This document shows, in pieces, positions 33,757-42,387 of a DNA stretch of 64,000 bases. The notes below the pieces were generated by a model. It worked only from the letters and a program-made list of their open reading frames with translations. It searched no databases and had not been told where the DNA came from. This DNA comes from Gammaproteobacteria bacterium (GTDB taxonomy: Bacteria > Pseudomonadota > Gammaproteobacteria > Steroidobacterales > Foliamicaceae), in NCBI GenBank assembly GCA_011523505.1, contig WTGP01000019.1, forward strand, positions 287,980-351,979, in the 5' to 3' direction. The translations under genes and the position numbers were made by a program. Position 1 is the first letter of the stretch. Each line of letters opens with the position of its first letter.

Positions 33757-34968
33757 ATGAAGACCAACGACCTGCTGTTGATGGCGACGCGCTCGATGTT
33801 CCGTCACCGGCTGCGCGCCGCCATGATGATGCTCGCCACGTCGATCGGGATCGTGTCGGTGTTGCTGCTGACCGCGCTGGGCGAAGCGGGCCGCCTGTTC
33901 GTTACCGGCGAATTCCGGATCCTGGGGACCGAGCTCATCATCGTGCAGCCAGGCAATCCCGGCGAATCCGGATCCAATCCGTTCGGTTTTTCCGGCGAAG
34001 CCCCGCGGGACCTGACCTATCGCGACGCTGAAGTGGTGATGCGCGTGCCGGGCGTGATGAAAGCGGCGCCGATGATGATGGGCAGCCTGCCCGCCTCGCG
34101 CGGCGGGAAGGAACGGGAAACGTTCGTGATGGGCACCACCCGGGATTATTTCCACATCCGGGGGCTCGACCTGAGCGCCGGAACTTTCTTTCCGCGCATG
34201 GACATGGACCGCATTTCCCCGGTGTGCGTGGCGGGCGAGTTGCTGGTCAAGGAACTTTACGGCTCCGAACCCGCGCTGGGCACCTGGCTGCGGCTCGGAG
34301 ACTCCCGCTGCCGGATCGTGGGGCTGCTGGCCGATACCGGCCAGAGCATCGGGATCAACGTGGGCGAGATCGTGGTGGTTCCGGTTGCATTCGCGGCAAC
34401 TACGTTCAATACCGAAGCCCTGACCAACATCATGGTCCAGGCCCGCGACCGCGAGTCGGTGCCGGGAGTCATCAGCCGGCTGACCGAACGCCTGAAGGAG
34501 CAGCACTACGGCAAGCAGGACTTCATAACCATCACCCAGGACGCCGTCCTGTCGGTATTCGACGGCATCTTCAACGCGATCACGGCCGCGCTCGGCGGGA
34601 TCGCCGGGATCAGCCTGATCGTGGCCGGGGTCCTGATCATGAACGTGATGCTGGTGGCGGTCAGCCAGCGGACTTCGGAGATCGGCCTCTACATGGCCAT
34701 AGGGGCGGCCCGCCGCCAGATCATGCGGCTGTTCATCGGCGAGGCCGCGCTTCTGGCGGCAATCGGGACCGTGTGCGGGCTGGGACTGGGTTACCTGCTG
34801 ATCTGGTTTGCGCAGCAACTGTTCCCGGCCATTGAAATCCGGCCGCCCTGGTGGGCCGTGCTGGCGGCGGTGATTACCGCCGTGGGCAGCGGCCTGGTAT
34901 TCGGGGCGCTGCCGGCGCGCAAGGCCGCGCGCCTGGACCCAGTGCAGGCCTTGAGAGGGCGTATCTGA
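33757..34968 (+). CDS. ABC transporter permease (FtsX/MacB-type), first of two
   Basis: MKTNDLLLMATRSMFRHRLRAAMMMLATSIGIVSVL (MacB_PCD N-terminus). C-terminal FtsX 3-TM module with SQRTSEIGLYMAIGA and PARKAARLDPVQALR. Confidence 0.85.
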   Translation: MKTNDLLLMATRSMFRHRLRAAMMMLATSIGIVSVLLLTALGEAGRLFVTGEFRILGTELIIVQPGNPGESGSNPFGFSGEAPRDLTYRDAEVVMRVPGVMKAAPMMMGSLPASRGGKERETFVMGTTRDYFHIRGLDLSAGTFFPRMDMDRISPVCVAGELLVKELYGSEPALGTWLRLGDSRCRIVGLLADTGQSIGINVGEIVVVPVAFAATTFNTEALTNIMVQARDRESVPGVISRLTERLKEQHYGKQDFITITQDAVLSVFDGIFNAITAALGGIAGISLIVAGVLIMNVMLVAVSQRTSEIGLYMAIGAARRQIMRLFIGEAALLAAIGTVCGLGLGYLLIWFAQQLFPAIEIRPPWWAVLAAVITAVGSGLVFGALPARKAARLDPVQALRGRI

Positions 34969-36170
34969 TGACTCCCGTGGATCTGTTGCGCCTGGCATTG
35001 CGCGCGCTGTCCATGCATCGCCTGCGCACGCTGCTGACCGCTCTCGGCACCGGAATCGGCGTGGCCGCCGTGATTCTGCTCACGTCCATCGGCGAGGGCA
35101 TGTATGACTTCATGGAGACCGAAGCCACGCGCTTCGGAACGCATTTCCTGGTCATCACGCCCGGGAAGACCGTAACCATCGGCGGACCCCCCGGGCTGAA
35201 CACCAATACGGTGCGTCCGCTGACCCTGGACGATGCGCTGGCGATCGGGCGACTGAGTTCGGTCAAGGCCGTTGCCCCCGCCGTCATGGGATTTGCGGAA
35301 GCGGAACGCGAGGGCATCAAGCGCGACGTGACGGTGCTGGGGACCGGCCCCGACCTGCCCGAGATATTCACGCTGGAAGTCGCGTCGGGCCGTTTCCTGC
35401 CGAAGGAAGACTTCGAGGCCTCGCGGCCGCTTGCGGTGCTGGGCAGCGAAATGAAGAACCGACTGTTCGGACCGGACAACGCGCTCGGAGCTTACATACG
35501 CGTCGCCGGGCAGCGCTTCCGTGTGGTCGGGGTGCTTGCCGATGCCGGCACCATGGTCGGCTTCGACATGAACGACATCATCTTCGTGCCGGTCAGGCAC
35601 ACGATGGAAATCTACAACATGCTGGGCGTACAGGAAGTGGACGTGCGCTACGACGAAAACCGGCCGGCCAGCGAAGTGGAGGGCGACATCTCGCGCCTGC
35701 TGATCGCGCGGCATGGTTCGGAAGACTTTACGATCACCACCCAGGACCAGATGCTCAGCACCATGCGGGTGATTCTGAGCACGATTACTTCGGCGGTCGC
35801 GGCGCTGGGTGGCATATCGCTGGTGGTGGGTGGCGTGGGCATCTTCACGATCATGACCATCTCGGTCCAGGAGCGGATCTTCGAGATCGGCCTGTTCCGC
35901 TCGCTGGGCGCCCGCCGCCGCGAGGTACGCCGCCTGTTCATGGCCGAAGCGCTTGCGCTTGGAGCTGCCGGCGGCCTGCTCGGACTGGCCCTGGGCCAGG
36001 GCGCGGCCTGGTTGCTGGCGGCGATATTCCCGGTGATCCCGGTCAGTATTTCGGTGGCCTATACCATTGCAGCCCTGATGATCGCGGTGCTGATCGGAAT
36101 CCTGGCGGGCGTGGCGCCCGCCGTGCGCGCGGCGCGCATGAATCCCGTTCTTGCGCTGCGCGCCGAATAA
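34968..36170 (+). CDS. ABC transporter permease (FtsX/MacB-type), second of two
   Basis: The start shares 1 nt with the upstream stop (TGATG). Contains LRLALRALSMHRLRTLLTALGTGIGVAAV, QERIFEIGLFRSLGA and PAVRAARMNPVLALR. Confidence 0.85.
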   Translation: MTPVDLLRLALRALSMHRLRTLLTALGTGIGVAAVILLTSIGEGMYDFMETEATRFGTHFLVITPGKTVTIGGPPGLNTNTVRPLTLDDALAIGRLSSVKAVAPAVMGFAEAEREGIKRDVTVLGTGPDLPEIFTLEVASGRFLPKEDFEASRPLAVLGSEMKNRLFGPDNALGAYIRVAGQRFRVVGVLADAGTMVGFDMNDIIFVPVRHTMEIYNMLGVQEVDVRYDENRPASEVEGDISRLLIARHGSEDFTITTQDQMLSTMRVILSTITSAVAALGGISLVVGGVGIFTIMTISVQERIFEIGLFRSLGARRREVRRLFMAEALALGAAGGLLGLALGQGAAWLLAAIFPVIPVSISVAYTIAALMIAVLIGILAGVAPAVRAARMNPVLALRAE

Positions 36171-36199
36171 TCCCCGATTTACACAAGAGGAGCTGCAAC

Positions 36200-36898
36200 T
36201 TGATTGATCTCTACTACTGGCCGACGCCCAACGGCTTCAAGATCGCCATCATGCTCGAGGAGTGCGGGCTGCCGTACGACATCAAGCCGGTAAACATCGG
36301 CGCGGGCGATCAGTTCACGCCCGAGTTCCTGGCGCTGAACCCGAACCACCGGATGCCCGTGATCGTGGATAACGACGCGCCGGGCGGTCCGCTTTCGGTG
36401 TTCGAGTCGGGCGCCATCCTGGTCTATCTGGCCGACAAGACCGGGCGCTTCCTGCCCACCGACACGCACGGTCGCTTCGACGCGATGCAATGGCTGTTCT
36501 GGCAGATGGCCGGACTGGGGCCCATGGCCGGCCAGGCGGGGCACTTCCTGATTTACCAGGAAGGCAAGCACGAATACGCGACCGAGCGCTACACGAACGA
36601 GTACGGGCGCCTGCTGGCGGTCATGGAGCGCAGGCTCAGGGACCGCGACTACCTTGCCGGCGACTATTCGATCGCGGACATGGCCTGCTATCCCTGGGTG
36701 GCGCCGTACGAGAGGCTCGGCCAGGGCGTGGACGAATTGCCCGGTGTGGCCGCCTGGATTGAAAGGCTGGGCGCGCGGCCGGCCGTCAAGCGCGGCATGG
36801 AAGTAGGCAAGGAACTGCGGTCCGACCAGCCCCTGACGGAGGAGCAGCGCAAGATGCTTTATGGTCAAACCGCAAAGAAGACGCTGGAGAAGGCATGA
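36200..36898 (+). CDS. yfcG: Nu-class glutathione S-transferase / GSH-dependent disulfide-bond oxidoreductase (YfcG-like)
   Basis: TTG start. MIDLYYWPTPNGFKIAIMLEE..., NPNHRMPVIVD, LSVFESGAILVYLA, WLFWQMAGLGPMAGQ and YSIADMACYPW closely parallel E. coli YfcG as I recall it. Confidence 0.85.
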   Translation: MIDLYYWPTPNGFKIAIMLEECGLPYDIKPVNIGAGDQFTPEFLALNPNHRMPVIVDNDAPGGPLSVFESGAILVYLADKTGRFLPTDTHGRFDAMQWLFWQMAGLGPMAGQAGHFLIYQEGKHEYATERYTNEYGRLLAVMERRLRDRDYLAGDYSIADMACYPWVAPYERLGQGVDELPGVAAWIERLGARPAVKRGMEVGKELRSDQPLTEEQRKMLYGQTAKKTLEKA

Positions 36899-37542
36899 AG
36901 CTGTACGACTACGCCTATGCGCCAAATCCCCGGCGTGTGCACATTTTTCTGGCCGAGAAGGGCCTGGACATGGAGCGCGTGGAGATCGACCTGACGAAGA
37001 AGCAGCAGTTGACCCCCGAATACCAGGAAGTCAATCCGCTCTGCCAGGTTCCGGTGCTGGAGACCGACGACGGCACGCGCATCAGCGAGTGCCTGGCGAT
37101 CTGCCACTACCTGGAGGACCTGCACCCGGAGCCCAACCTGTTCGGGTCCGGTCGCGACGAGCGCGCGCAGGTGCTGATGTGGAACCACATCGTCGAACAG
37201 GAAGGCATGCCCGGGCTCGCCGAAGCCCTGCGCAACAGGATCAACAACTTCAGGGACCATGCGTTGCCGGGTCCCGTGGCCTATGCCCAGCTTCCCGAGC
37301 TGGTGGAGCGTGGCCGCAAGCGCGCGCGGCATTTCCTGGACTTCATGGACCGCCGGCTGACCGGCCGCGATTACCTGGCGCTGGACCGTTTCACGATCGC
37401 CGACATCACGCTGCGGGTGGCCGTTGACATGGCCGCGCGCATGGCCGGCAAGTTCGACCTCACCGTGCTGGAGAATCGTGCAGCGCTGGCCGCCTGGCAC
37501 GCTCGCGTATCCGAACGCCCCAGCCTAAGGAACGGCGCCTGA
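36895..37542 (+). CDS. glutathione S-transferase family protein
   Basis: ATGA overlap with the upstream GST. Thioredoxin-like N-domain (NPLCQVPVLETDDGTRISECLAICHYL) and a helical C-domain. Confidence 0.85.
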   Translation: MKLYDYAYAPNPRRVHIFLAEKGLDMERVEIDLTKKQQLTPEYQEVNPLCQVPVLETDDGTRISECLAICHYLEDLHPEPNLFGSGRDERAQVLMWNHIVEQEGMPGLAEALRNRINNFRDHALPGPVAYAQLPELVERGRKRARHFLDFMDRRLTGRDYLALDRFTIADITLRVAVDMAARMAGKFDLTVLENRAALAAWHARVSERPSLRNGA

Positions 37543-37548
37543 GCGTTC

Positions 37549-38199
37549 ATGCTTGAACTCGGCCTCTCCCTCGTCTTCGCCTACCTGATCGGCTCGATCA
37601 ACTTCAGCCTGGCGCTCGGCAAGCTCCGGAACCTGGACGTACGCGAGACGGGCAGCGGCAACGCCGGCGCCACCAATGCCCTGCGCGCCGCCGGTTTCTG
37701 GTTTGCCCTGACGGTAATGATCGGCGACGTGGGCAAGGCGATCGTGGCGGTGGGCCCGCTCGCCACGCTGGCCTACTCGTTTGCCGACGAACCGACGTTC
37801 TCGCTGGCCTGGGTCCAGGTGGCCGCGGGAGCGTCCGTGACCGCGGCGCATTGCTATCCGCTGTGGCACGAGTTTCGGGGCGGCAAGGGATTCGCGGCGC
37901 TGCTCGGCTCGTACCTGGTGCTGCACGCGCCGCTGGTGGGCGCGGTGCTGGCCGTTTGGGTGCTGGTGATGATCTTCAGCGGCTACGTGGGACTGGCGAC
38001 CATGGCGGCAGCCGTTTCGGCCCCGGTATTTCTTGCATTCTTCATGCCCGGGGCGCCGCCGGAACTCTTCTGGCTGGCGGCCGCGGCGGGTGCGTTTACG
38101 GTGTTGACGCACCGCGACAACATCCGCAACCTGCTCGACGGATCGGAACATTGTTTCACGAAGGTGCGGGTCGATCACTGGTTCAAGAGCGGCGGGTAG
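37549..38199 (+). CDS. plsY: glycerol-3-phosphate acyltransferase PlsY
   Basis: YLIGSINFSLALGKL..DVRETGSGNAGATNALRAAG, GKGFAALLG and HRDNIRNL are canonical PlsY motifs. Confidence 0.9.
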   Translation: MLELGLSLVFAYLIGSINFSLALGKLRNLDVRETGSGNAGATNALRAAGFWFALTVMIGDVGKAIVAVGPLATLAYSFADEPTFSLAWVQVAAGASVTAAHCYPLWHEFRGGKGFAALLGSYLVLHAPLVGAVLAVWVLVMIFSGYVGLATMAAAVSAPVFLAFFMPGAPPELFWLAAAAGAFTVLTHRDNIRNLLDGSEHCFTKVRVDHWFKSGG

Positions 38200-39002
38200 G
38201 GCCTTACGTCCTGTACGACCGGCGCGCACTGCTGGGAGCGCTCGATCCGGCACTCCTCCGGCGAATCAGTCTGCTCGAAATACACGATTCGCTGCCGTCC
38301 ACCAACGGGCGTTTGCTTCAGGTTCCGGAAACACAGACTGCCGGCAGCCTGGCGGTATGCCTCGCCGGCCATCAGAGCGCCGGGCGGGGGCGGAACGGAA
38401 AGCGTTGGCATTCGCCGGATGGCGCCGGATTGCTGCTCAGCGTGAGCCGAACCGCGCCGAAAACCCCGGACGGCTCGCTTGCCCTGGCGCTGGGCGTCGC
38501 GATTGCCGAGGGCCTGGAGGCCTTCGTATCCGACCGCGTGGAGCTGAAGTGGCCCAACGACCTGGTCGCGCAAGACCGCAAGCTGGGCGGCATCCTGGTC
38601 GAGACCTCCACGCAGGGCGGAGCCGAATGCCGCGTCGTGGCGGGCCTGGGCGTCAATATCCGGGTAAGTGAAGAACAGCGTGAGCTGGTTACCGGAGAAG
38701 GCGGCATGCAACCGGCCGGTCTTTCGGAACTCAATCTGCGGAGAGCCCTCGAGTACAACGACCTGGCCGTCGCCATGATCGCGGCGATTGCAAATGTCCT
38801 GGATTCGCATCCCGTCGAAGGGTTCGGCCGCTGGTCGGACGGCTGGAAGCGGCGCGACTGGCTTGCGGGAAAGCGAATCGAGGCACGGAGCGGCGCGGAT
38901 ACGCACGTGGGAGCGGCCGCCGGTGTCGATTCATCGGGCGCCCTGCTGCTCAGGGAATCCGGCGGCGAGCGGCGCATCGTGTCGGCGGAGATCCGCTTGT
39001 GA
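38196..39002 (+). CDS. birA: biotin--[acetyl-CoA-carboxylase] ligase (group I BirA, no HTH); start codon unresolved
   Basis: SLPSTNGRL, GHQSAGRGRNGKRWHSP (GRGRxGR), LKWPNDL, KLGGILVE and a C-terminal SH3-like domain. There is no in-frame ATG/GTG/TTG between the plsY stop and the STN motif. The 5' coordinate is nominal. Confidence 0.8.
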   Translation, partial: VGPYVLYDRRALLGALDPALLRRISLLEIHDSLPSTNGRLLQVPETQTAGSLAVCLAGHQSAGRGRNGKRWHSPDGAGLLLSVSRTAPKTPDGSLALALGVAIAEGLEAFVSDRVELKWPNDLVAQDRKLGGILVETSTQGGAECRVVAGLGVNIRVSEEQRELVTGEGGMQPAGLSELNLRRALEYNDLAVAMIAAIANVLDSHPVEGFGRWSDGWKRRDWLAGKRIEARSGADTHVGAAAGVDSSGALLLRESGGERRIVSAEIRL

Positions 39003-39787
39003 ACGCCGCCTCTTCACGTGTCCTCCTGATCGATATGGGAAACACGCGGATCAAGTGGGCCTGGCTGCCCGGCGACGGGGTGGAACCTGAAGGCGCGGGC
39101 GCCGCGCGCACCGGCGACGGGCTGTCGGATCTGCCGTTTCTGGACGCCTCGGAGGCGGCAACCGGCGCGGTTGCGTGCAACGTCGCGGGCATCGAACTCG
39201 GGCGCAAGCTTGCCGGACTGGTGCGGGAACGACTGGCCGTAGAACTTGTGTTCGTGCAGGCGCAAGCCTCCGCCTGCGGCGTCACCGCCGCCTACGCCAA
39301 CCCCCTGAACCTGGGCGCGGACCGCTGGGCGGCGCTGATCGGCGCCCACGCGCTGGGTCCCGCCGACTATTGCATCGTCGACGCGGGCAGCACCGTGACC
39401 ATGGACCTGCTGCTGGCCGACGGTCGGCATCTCGGCGGCTACATCGCGCCCGGCCGGGAAATGAGCCTGGCCGCCATGGCGAAGGGAACGGCGGAACTTG
39501 CCTCGAGGCTCAGGGATCATGCCGGCCGGCCAGACGATCTCGCACCCGGCACCGACAGCGCCGAAGCCATGGAAAAGGGAACGCTGGCGGCGCAACTGGG
39601 AATGATCCGCTCGGGCATGGAAAGGCTGGCAAGCGAGGGAAGGGGTTCGCCTGTGCTGCTCCTGACCGGCGGAGGCGCCGACGCGCTGATCGCCACCGGC
39701 GAACTGCCGGAAACGCAGTTGGCGCCGGACCTGGTGCTGCGCGGGCTGGCCGCGCTCGCGTTAGAATTGCGCGTCAGGCCGGAATAG
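38999..39787 (+). CDS. coaX: type III pantothenate kinase
   Basis: GTG start overlapping the birA stop (GTGA). LLIDMGNTRIKWA, NLGADRWAALIGA and IVDAGSTVTMD are CoaX motifs. Confidence 0.9.
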   Translation: MNAASSRVLLIDMGNTRIKWAWLPGDGVEPEGAGAARTGDGLSDLPFLDASEAATGAVACNVAGIELGRKLAGLVRERLAVELVFVQAQASACGVTAAYANPLNLGADRWAALIGAHALGPADYCIVDAGSTVTMDLLLADGRHLGGYIAPGREMSLAAMAKGTAELASRLRDHAGRPDDLAPGTDSAEAMEKGTLAAQLGMIRSGMERLASEGRGSPVLLLTGGGADALIATGELPETQLAPDLVLRGLAALALELRVRPE

Positions 39788-39853
39788 CTCAACTGGTAGA
39801 GCACCCGCCTTGTAAGCGGAAGGTTGCGGGTTCAAGTCCCTCTTCCGGCACCA
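39778..39853 (+). tRNA. tRNA-Thr (anticodon TGT)
   Basis: GCCGGAATAGCTCAACTGGTAGAGCACCCGCCTTGTAAGCGGAAGGTTGCGGGTTCAAGTCCCTCTTCCGGCACCA. Acceptor GCCGGAA/TTCCGGC, anticodon loop CTTGTAA, encoded CCA. The first 10 nt overlap the coaX 3' end. Confidence 0.9.
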
Positions 39854-39855
39854 GT

Positions 39856-39932
39856 GGTGATGTAGCTCAGCTGGTTAGAGCGGCGGACTCATAACCCGCA
39901 GGTCGGTGGTTCAAGCCCACCCATCACCACCA
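39856..39932 (+). tRNA. tRNA-Met (anticodon CAT; elongator-type, lysidine-modified tRNA-Ile2 not excluded)
   Basis: GGTGATGTAGCTCAGCTGGTTAGAGCGGCGGACTCATAACCCGCAGGTCGGTGGTTCAAGCCCACCCATCACCACCA. Acceptor GGTGATG/CATCACC, anticodon loop CTCATAA. Only 2 nt after tRNA-Thr. Confidence 0.8.
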
Positions 39933-39947
39933 CTTTTCGCTGCGGCG

Positions 39948-40988
39948 CTAAGTCACCCGGATGACGAGCTTGCCGATCTTCTCGCCGCTTTGCATGTAGT
40001 CGATCGCGTCGTAGACGTCGTCCCAGTCGAAGACGCGGTCGATGACGGGCCTGATGTCGTTGCGGACCATGGCCCGGATGAGGTCCGTGAACATGCGCCG
40101 GCTGCCGACGATGATGCCCCGCACGGTGAGGTTCTTGAGAATGAGGTTGGGCAGCTTGGTCAGGACCGGAGGCTCCTGGGGTTCCTGGTTGTGGACCACC
40201 GGGTTGGCGCCGATATGCATGATGCGGCCGTTTGAGGCCGCGGCCATCAGGCAGTTCTCCATTTCGCCCAGGCCCACGTTGTTGAGAATGATGTCCGCGC
40301 CCTCGCCATCGGTGAGTTCCAGCACCTCCGCGGGCCAGTCCGGACTGGTGCGGTAGTTCACGCCGAGATCGGCGCCAAGTTCCTTCAGGCGGGCAAGCTT
40401 CGCGTCGCTCGATGACGTCATGATGCATCGCGCGCCGAGCATCTTGGCCCATTGCATTCCGAACACGGACACGGCGCCGGAACCCAGGGTCAGCACTGTA
40501 TCGCTGGCCTTGGCCGCGCCCGCCTCCACCACGGCGTTCCAGGCGGTCAGGCCGGGGCTTTGCAGGGTGCTGGCCTCCTCATAACTCAGGCTGTCGGGCA
40601 GCCTGATCAGCGCTGCCGCCGGCACTACGACCTGCTCGGCCAGAAAACCATCGAGGGTGGCGGCGTAGTCCTTTTCCGACATGGACGCGTGCCAGTCGCC
40701 GTCCAGCCATTGCCAGTAGTGGCTCATGGTCACGCGGTCACCCACCCGGACGTTTTCCACGCCGGCGCCGACCGCGATGATGTCGCCGGCGTTGTCGCTC
40801 AGCGGCACGCGGGTGTGAGGCATGACGGTCTTGCCCAGACTGCCGTGCATGATGGTGAGGTCGCGGGCGTTGATGCCGGTGGCGCGCACCCGCATGACCG
40901 CTTCGCCGTGGCCGGGAACCGGTTCCGGCCGCTCGACCGCATGCAGGGCCAGGCCCTGGCTGTAGTCCCCTATTTCAAAGACTTTCAT
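39948..40988 (-). CDS. zinc-type alcohol dehydrogenase / NADPH:quinone oxidoreductase family (MDR) protein
   Basis: GEAVMRVRATGINARD (GroES-like domain), a Rossmann motif VLTLGSGAVSVFGMQWAK, and a C-terminal GKLVIRV. Confidence 0.85.
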   Translation of the reverse strand: MKVFEIGDYSQGLALHAVERPEPVPGHGEAVMRVRATGINARDLTIMHGSLGKTVMPHTRVPLSDNAGDIIAVGAGVENVRVGDRVTMSHYWQWLDGDWHASMSEKDYAATLDGFLAEQVVVPAAALIRLPDSLSYEEASTLQSPGLTAWNAVVEAGAAKASDTVLTLGSGAVSVFGMQWAKMLGARCIMTSSSDAKLARLKELGADLGVNYRTSPDWPAEVLELTDGEGADIILNNVGLGEMENCLMAAASNGRIMHIGANPVVHNQEPQEPPVLTKLPNLILKNLTVRGIIVGSRRMFTDLIRAMVRNDIRPVIDRVFDWDDVYDAIDYMQSGEKIGKLVIRVT

Positions 40989-41009
40989 GGAGCGCCCGAC
41001 GCAGCGCGG

Positions 41010-41909
41010 CTACGACCCGTAGGTGTCCTTGTATTCCTCTATGTAGTCGTGGTACTCGGTCCAGTTCTCGACGTCGAAGATCTTCGGAGCCTTCAATTCC
41101 AGCGACCGCCGGGCCGCGGGCGGCAGCTCGTCGAGGTTGGCCAGCTTGGTGCCGTACGCCCGGCCGTAGCTGCGGCCTGCGTGGCCGCCCATGCCGACCC
41201 AGGGGCCCCAGCTCACCAGGTTCTGGAACTGGCAGAAGGCCGGCGCGTTGTCGATGTCGGGATTGGCCACATCCTCGAGTTTTGCGGCGTGGACGAACAG
41301 GGAGTCCCAGTAGTGGGTGCGACCCGGGGATTCCTTGGGCCATTCCTCCGGGTCGAAGGGACTGGGATAGGAAAAATGCGAGGCGACGGGCACGAAGACC
41401 ATGCCACCGTAGGTTTCCATACGCAGGGTATCGGGATGGACCGTGGCTTCCGGCGGCGTTTCCACACCGTCGGCACCCATTTTCACGTTCAGGGGACCGC
41501 CCAGGAACGTCCAGGGCTCCCTGACTTCTCCCGTAATCGGGTTTTCCCAGGATTCCAGCACCTCGTCCGTGTCGAACTTGCAGTAGACGCCGCACTCGAA
41601 CACCTTGAATGCGTACTGGTTGTCCTCCAGCGGACTGCACTGCGTTACGTTCAGGTTGTTCATCGTGAACAGCGGTATGAGGTTGCCGTCGTTCATGTAG
41701 GCGTAGAGGTGCAGGCGGTAGAACCTGTAGACCGTTTCCTCCGCGGCGGAACCCGATACCTTGGCGCGCACGCGGGCGCGGACTGCAGGGTCTTCCAGGT
41801 CGAGCGACGGTGACGTTTCGGCCGCGCATCCGGAAAGCACGCCGCCCGTAAGCGCGGTTCCCGCGCCGGCCAGAATGGCTTCCCGCCGGTTCAATGTCAG
41901 TTTTCCCAT
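41010..41909 (-). CDS. DUF1838-like protein, Tat-signal lipoprotein
   Basis: Start at MGKLTLNRREAILAGAGTALTGGVLSGC (twin-Arg plus lipobox Cys) with AAGGAGGGGGAC upstream. The track ORF's first 50 aa are shadow. The family assignment is by recollection of the DUF1838 pattern (YRFYRL..Y.., NPITGE). Confidence 0.65.
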   Translation of the reverse strand: MGKLTLNRREAILAGAGTALTGGVLSGCAAETSPSLDLEDPAVRARVRAKVSGSAAEETVYRFYRLHLYAYMNDGNLIPLFTMNNLNVTQCSPLEDNQYAFKVFECGVYCKFDTDEVLESWENPITGEVREPWTFLGGPLNVKMGADGVETPPEATVHPDTLRMETYGGMVFVPVASHFSYPSPFDPEEWPKESPGRTHYWDSLFVHAAKLEDVANPDIDNAPAFCQFQNLVSWGPWVGMGGHAGRSYGRAYGTKLANLDELPPAARRSLELKAPKIFDVENWTEYHDYIEEYKDTYGS

Positions 41910-41971
41910 GTCCCCCTCCTTAACAGGTCGTTTGAATTGACTCTGGGTTACAGATTGATGGTCGAAGAAGG

Positions 41972-42136
41972 CTAGCCTTTCGGCTGTGCCTCCCGCTCTC
42001 TGTCCCATTCCCGCAAGGCGGACACAGCCGCCCGCTTGCTGATGAACCAGATCCCCCAAGCCGCAAGGGCCAGGAGCGACAGCACCACAAATAGCACAAC
42101 CAGCAAATCCCAGCCACTAATACCACCGAATCCCAT
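41972..42136 (-). CDS. hypothetical 54-aa single-pass membrane protein (not in ORF track, <60 aa)
   Basis: GGAGGACAGCGTA-ATG. Product is MGFGGISGWDLLVVLFVVLSLLALAAWGIWFISKRAAVSALREWDREREAQPKG*, with one clean TM helix followed by a charged tail. It fits the gap between the PCP_red and DUF1838 genes, on the same strand. Confidence 0.4.
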   Translation of the reverse strand: MGFGGISGWDLLVVLFVVLSLLALAAWGIWFISKRAAVSALREWDREREAQPKG

Positions 42137-42186
42137 TACGCTGTCCTCCAGTTACGGGTTCCCGACCCGTAAACTGATCGCCGGAG

Positions 42187-42387
42187 TCATTTCATCGGGT
42201 TGTTCTCGTCCATGAACGCACCGTCGATCAGGGTGACCCCCTTTTCCTTCGCCTTGGCGATCATGGCCTTCAGCGCCACGCCGCGGACAAAGCCGGGAAT
42301 GCGCTCGATATAAGGCGCCGCATCCTCCGCGAACTTCACCTCTTCGTCGATCTCGTTGGCTTCCGCCAGAGCACTGTCGTCAGACAT
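42187..42387 (-). CDS. PCP_red-domain small protein (protochlorophyllide reductase subunit-B C-terminal-like domain)
   Basis: 66 aa. KFAEDAAPYIERIPGFVRGVALKAMIAKAKEKGVTLID matches the A...l..IPfFVRg.....e..A...G motif of Pfam PCP_red as I recall it. Overlaps the DUF1015 3' end by 8 nt. Confidence 0.6.
   Translation of the reverse strand: MSDDSALAEANEIDEEVKFAEDAAPYIERIPGFVRGVALKAMIAKAKEKGVTLIDGAFMDENNPMK

Noticed and set aside
37851-38195. Upstream in-frame ATG that would give BirA a 115-aa N-terminal extension
   Set aside because: The extension lies entirely inside plsY in another frame and is Gly/Arg/Ala-rich nonsense. It is not a plausible BirA N-terminus or HTH domain.
41920-42126. 68-aa Cys/Arg/Trp-rich ORF from the track
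   Set aside because: Implausible composition and no SD. A different frame on the same strand gives a clean SD-preceded membrane mini-protein (41972..42136).
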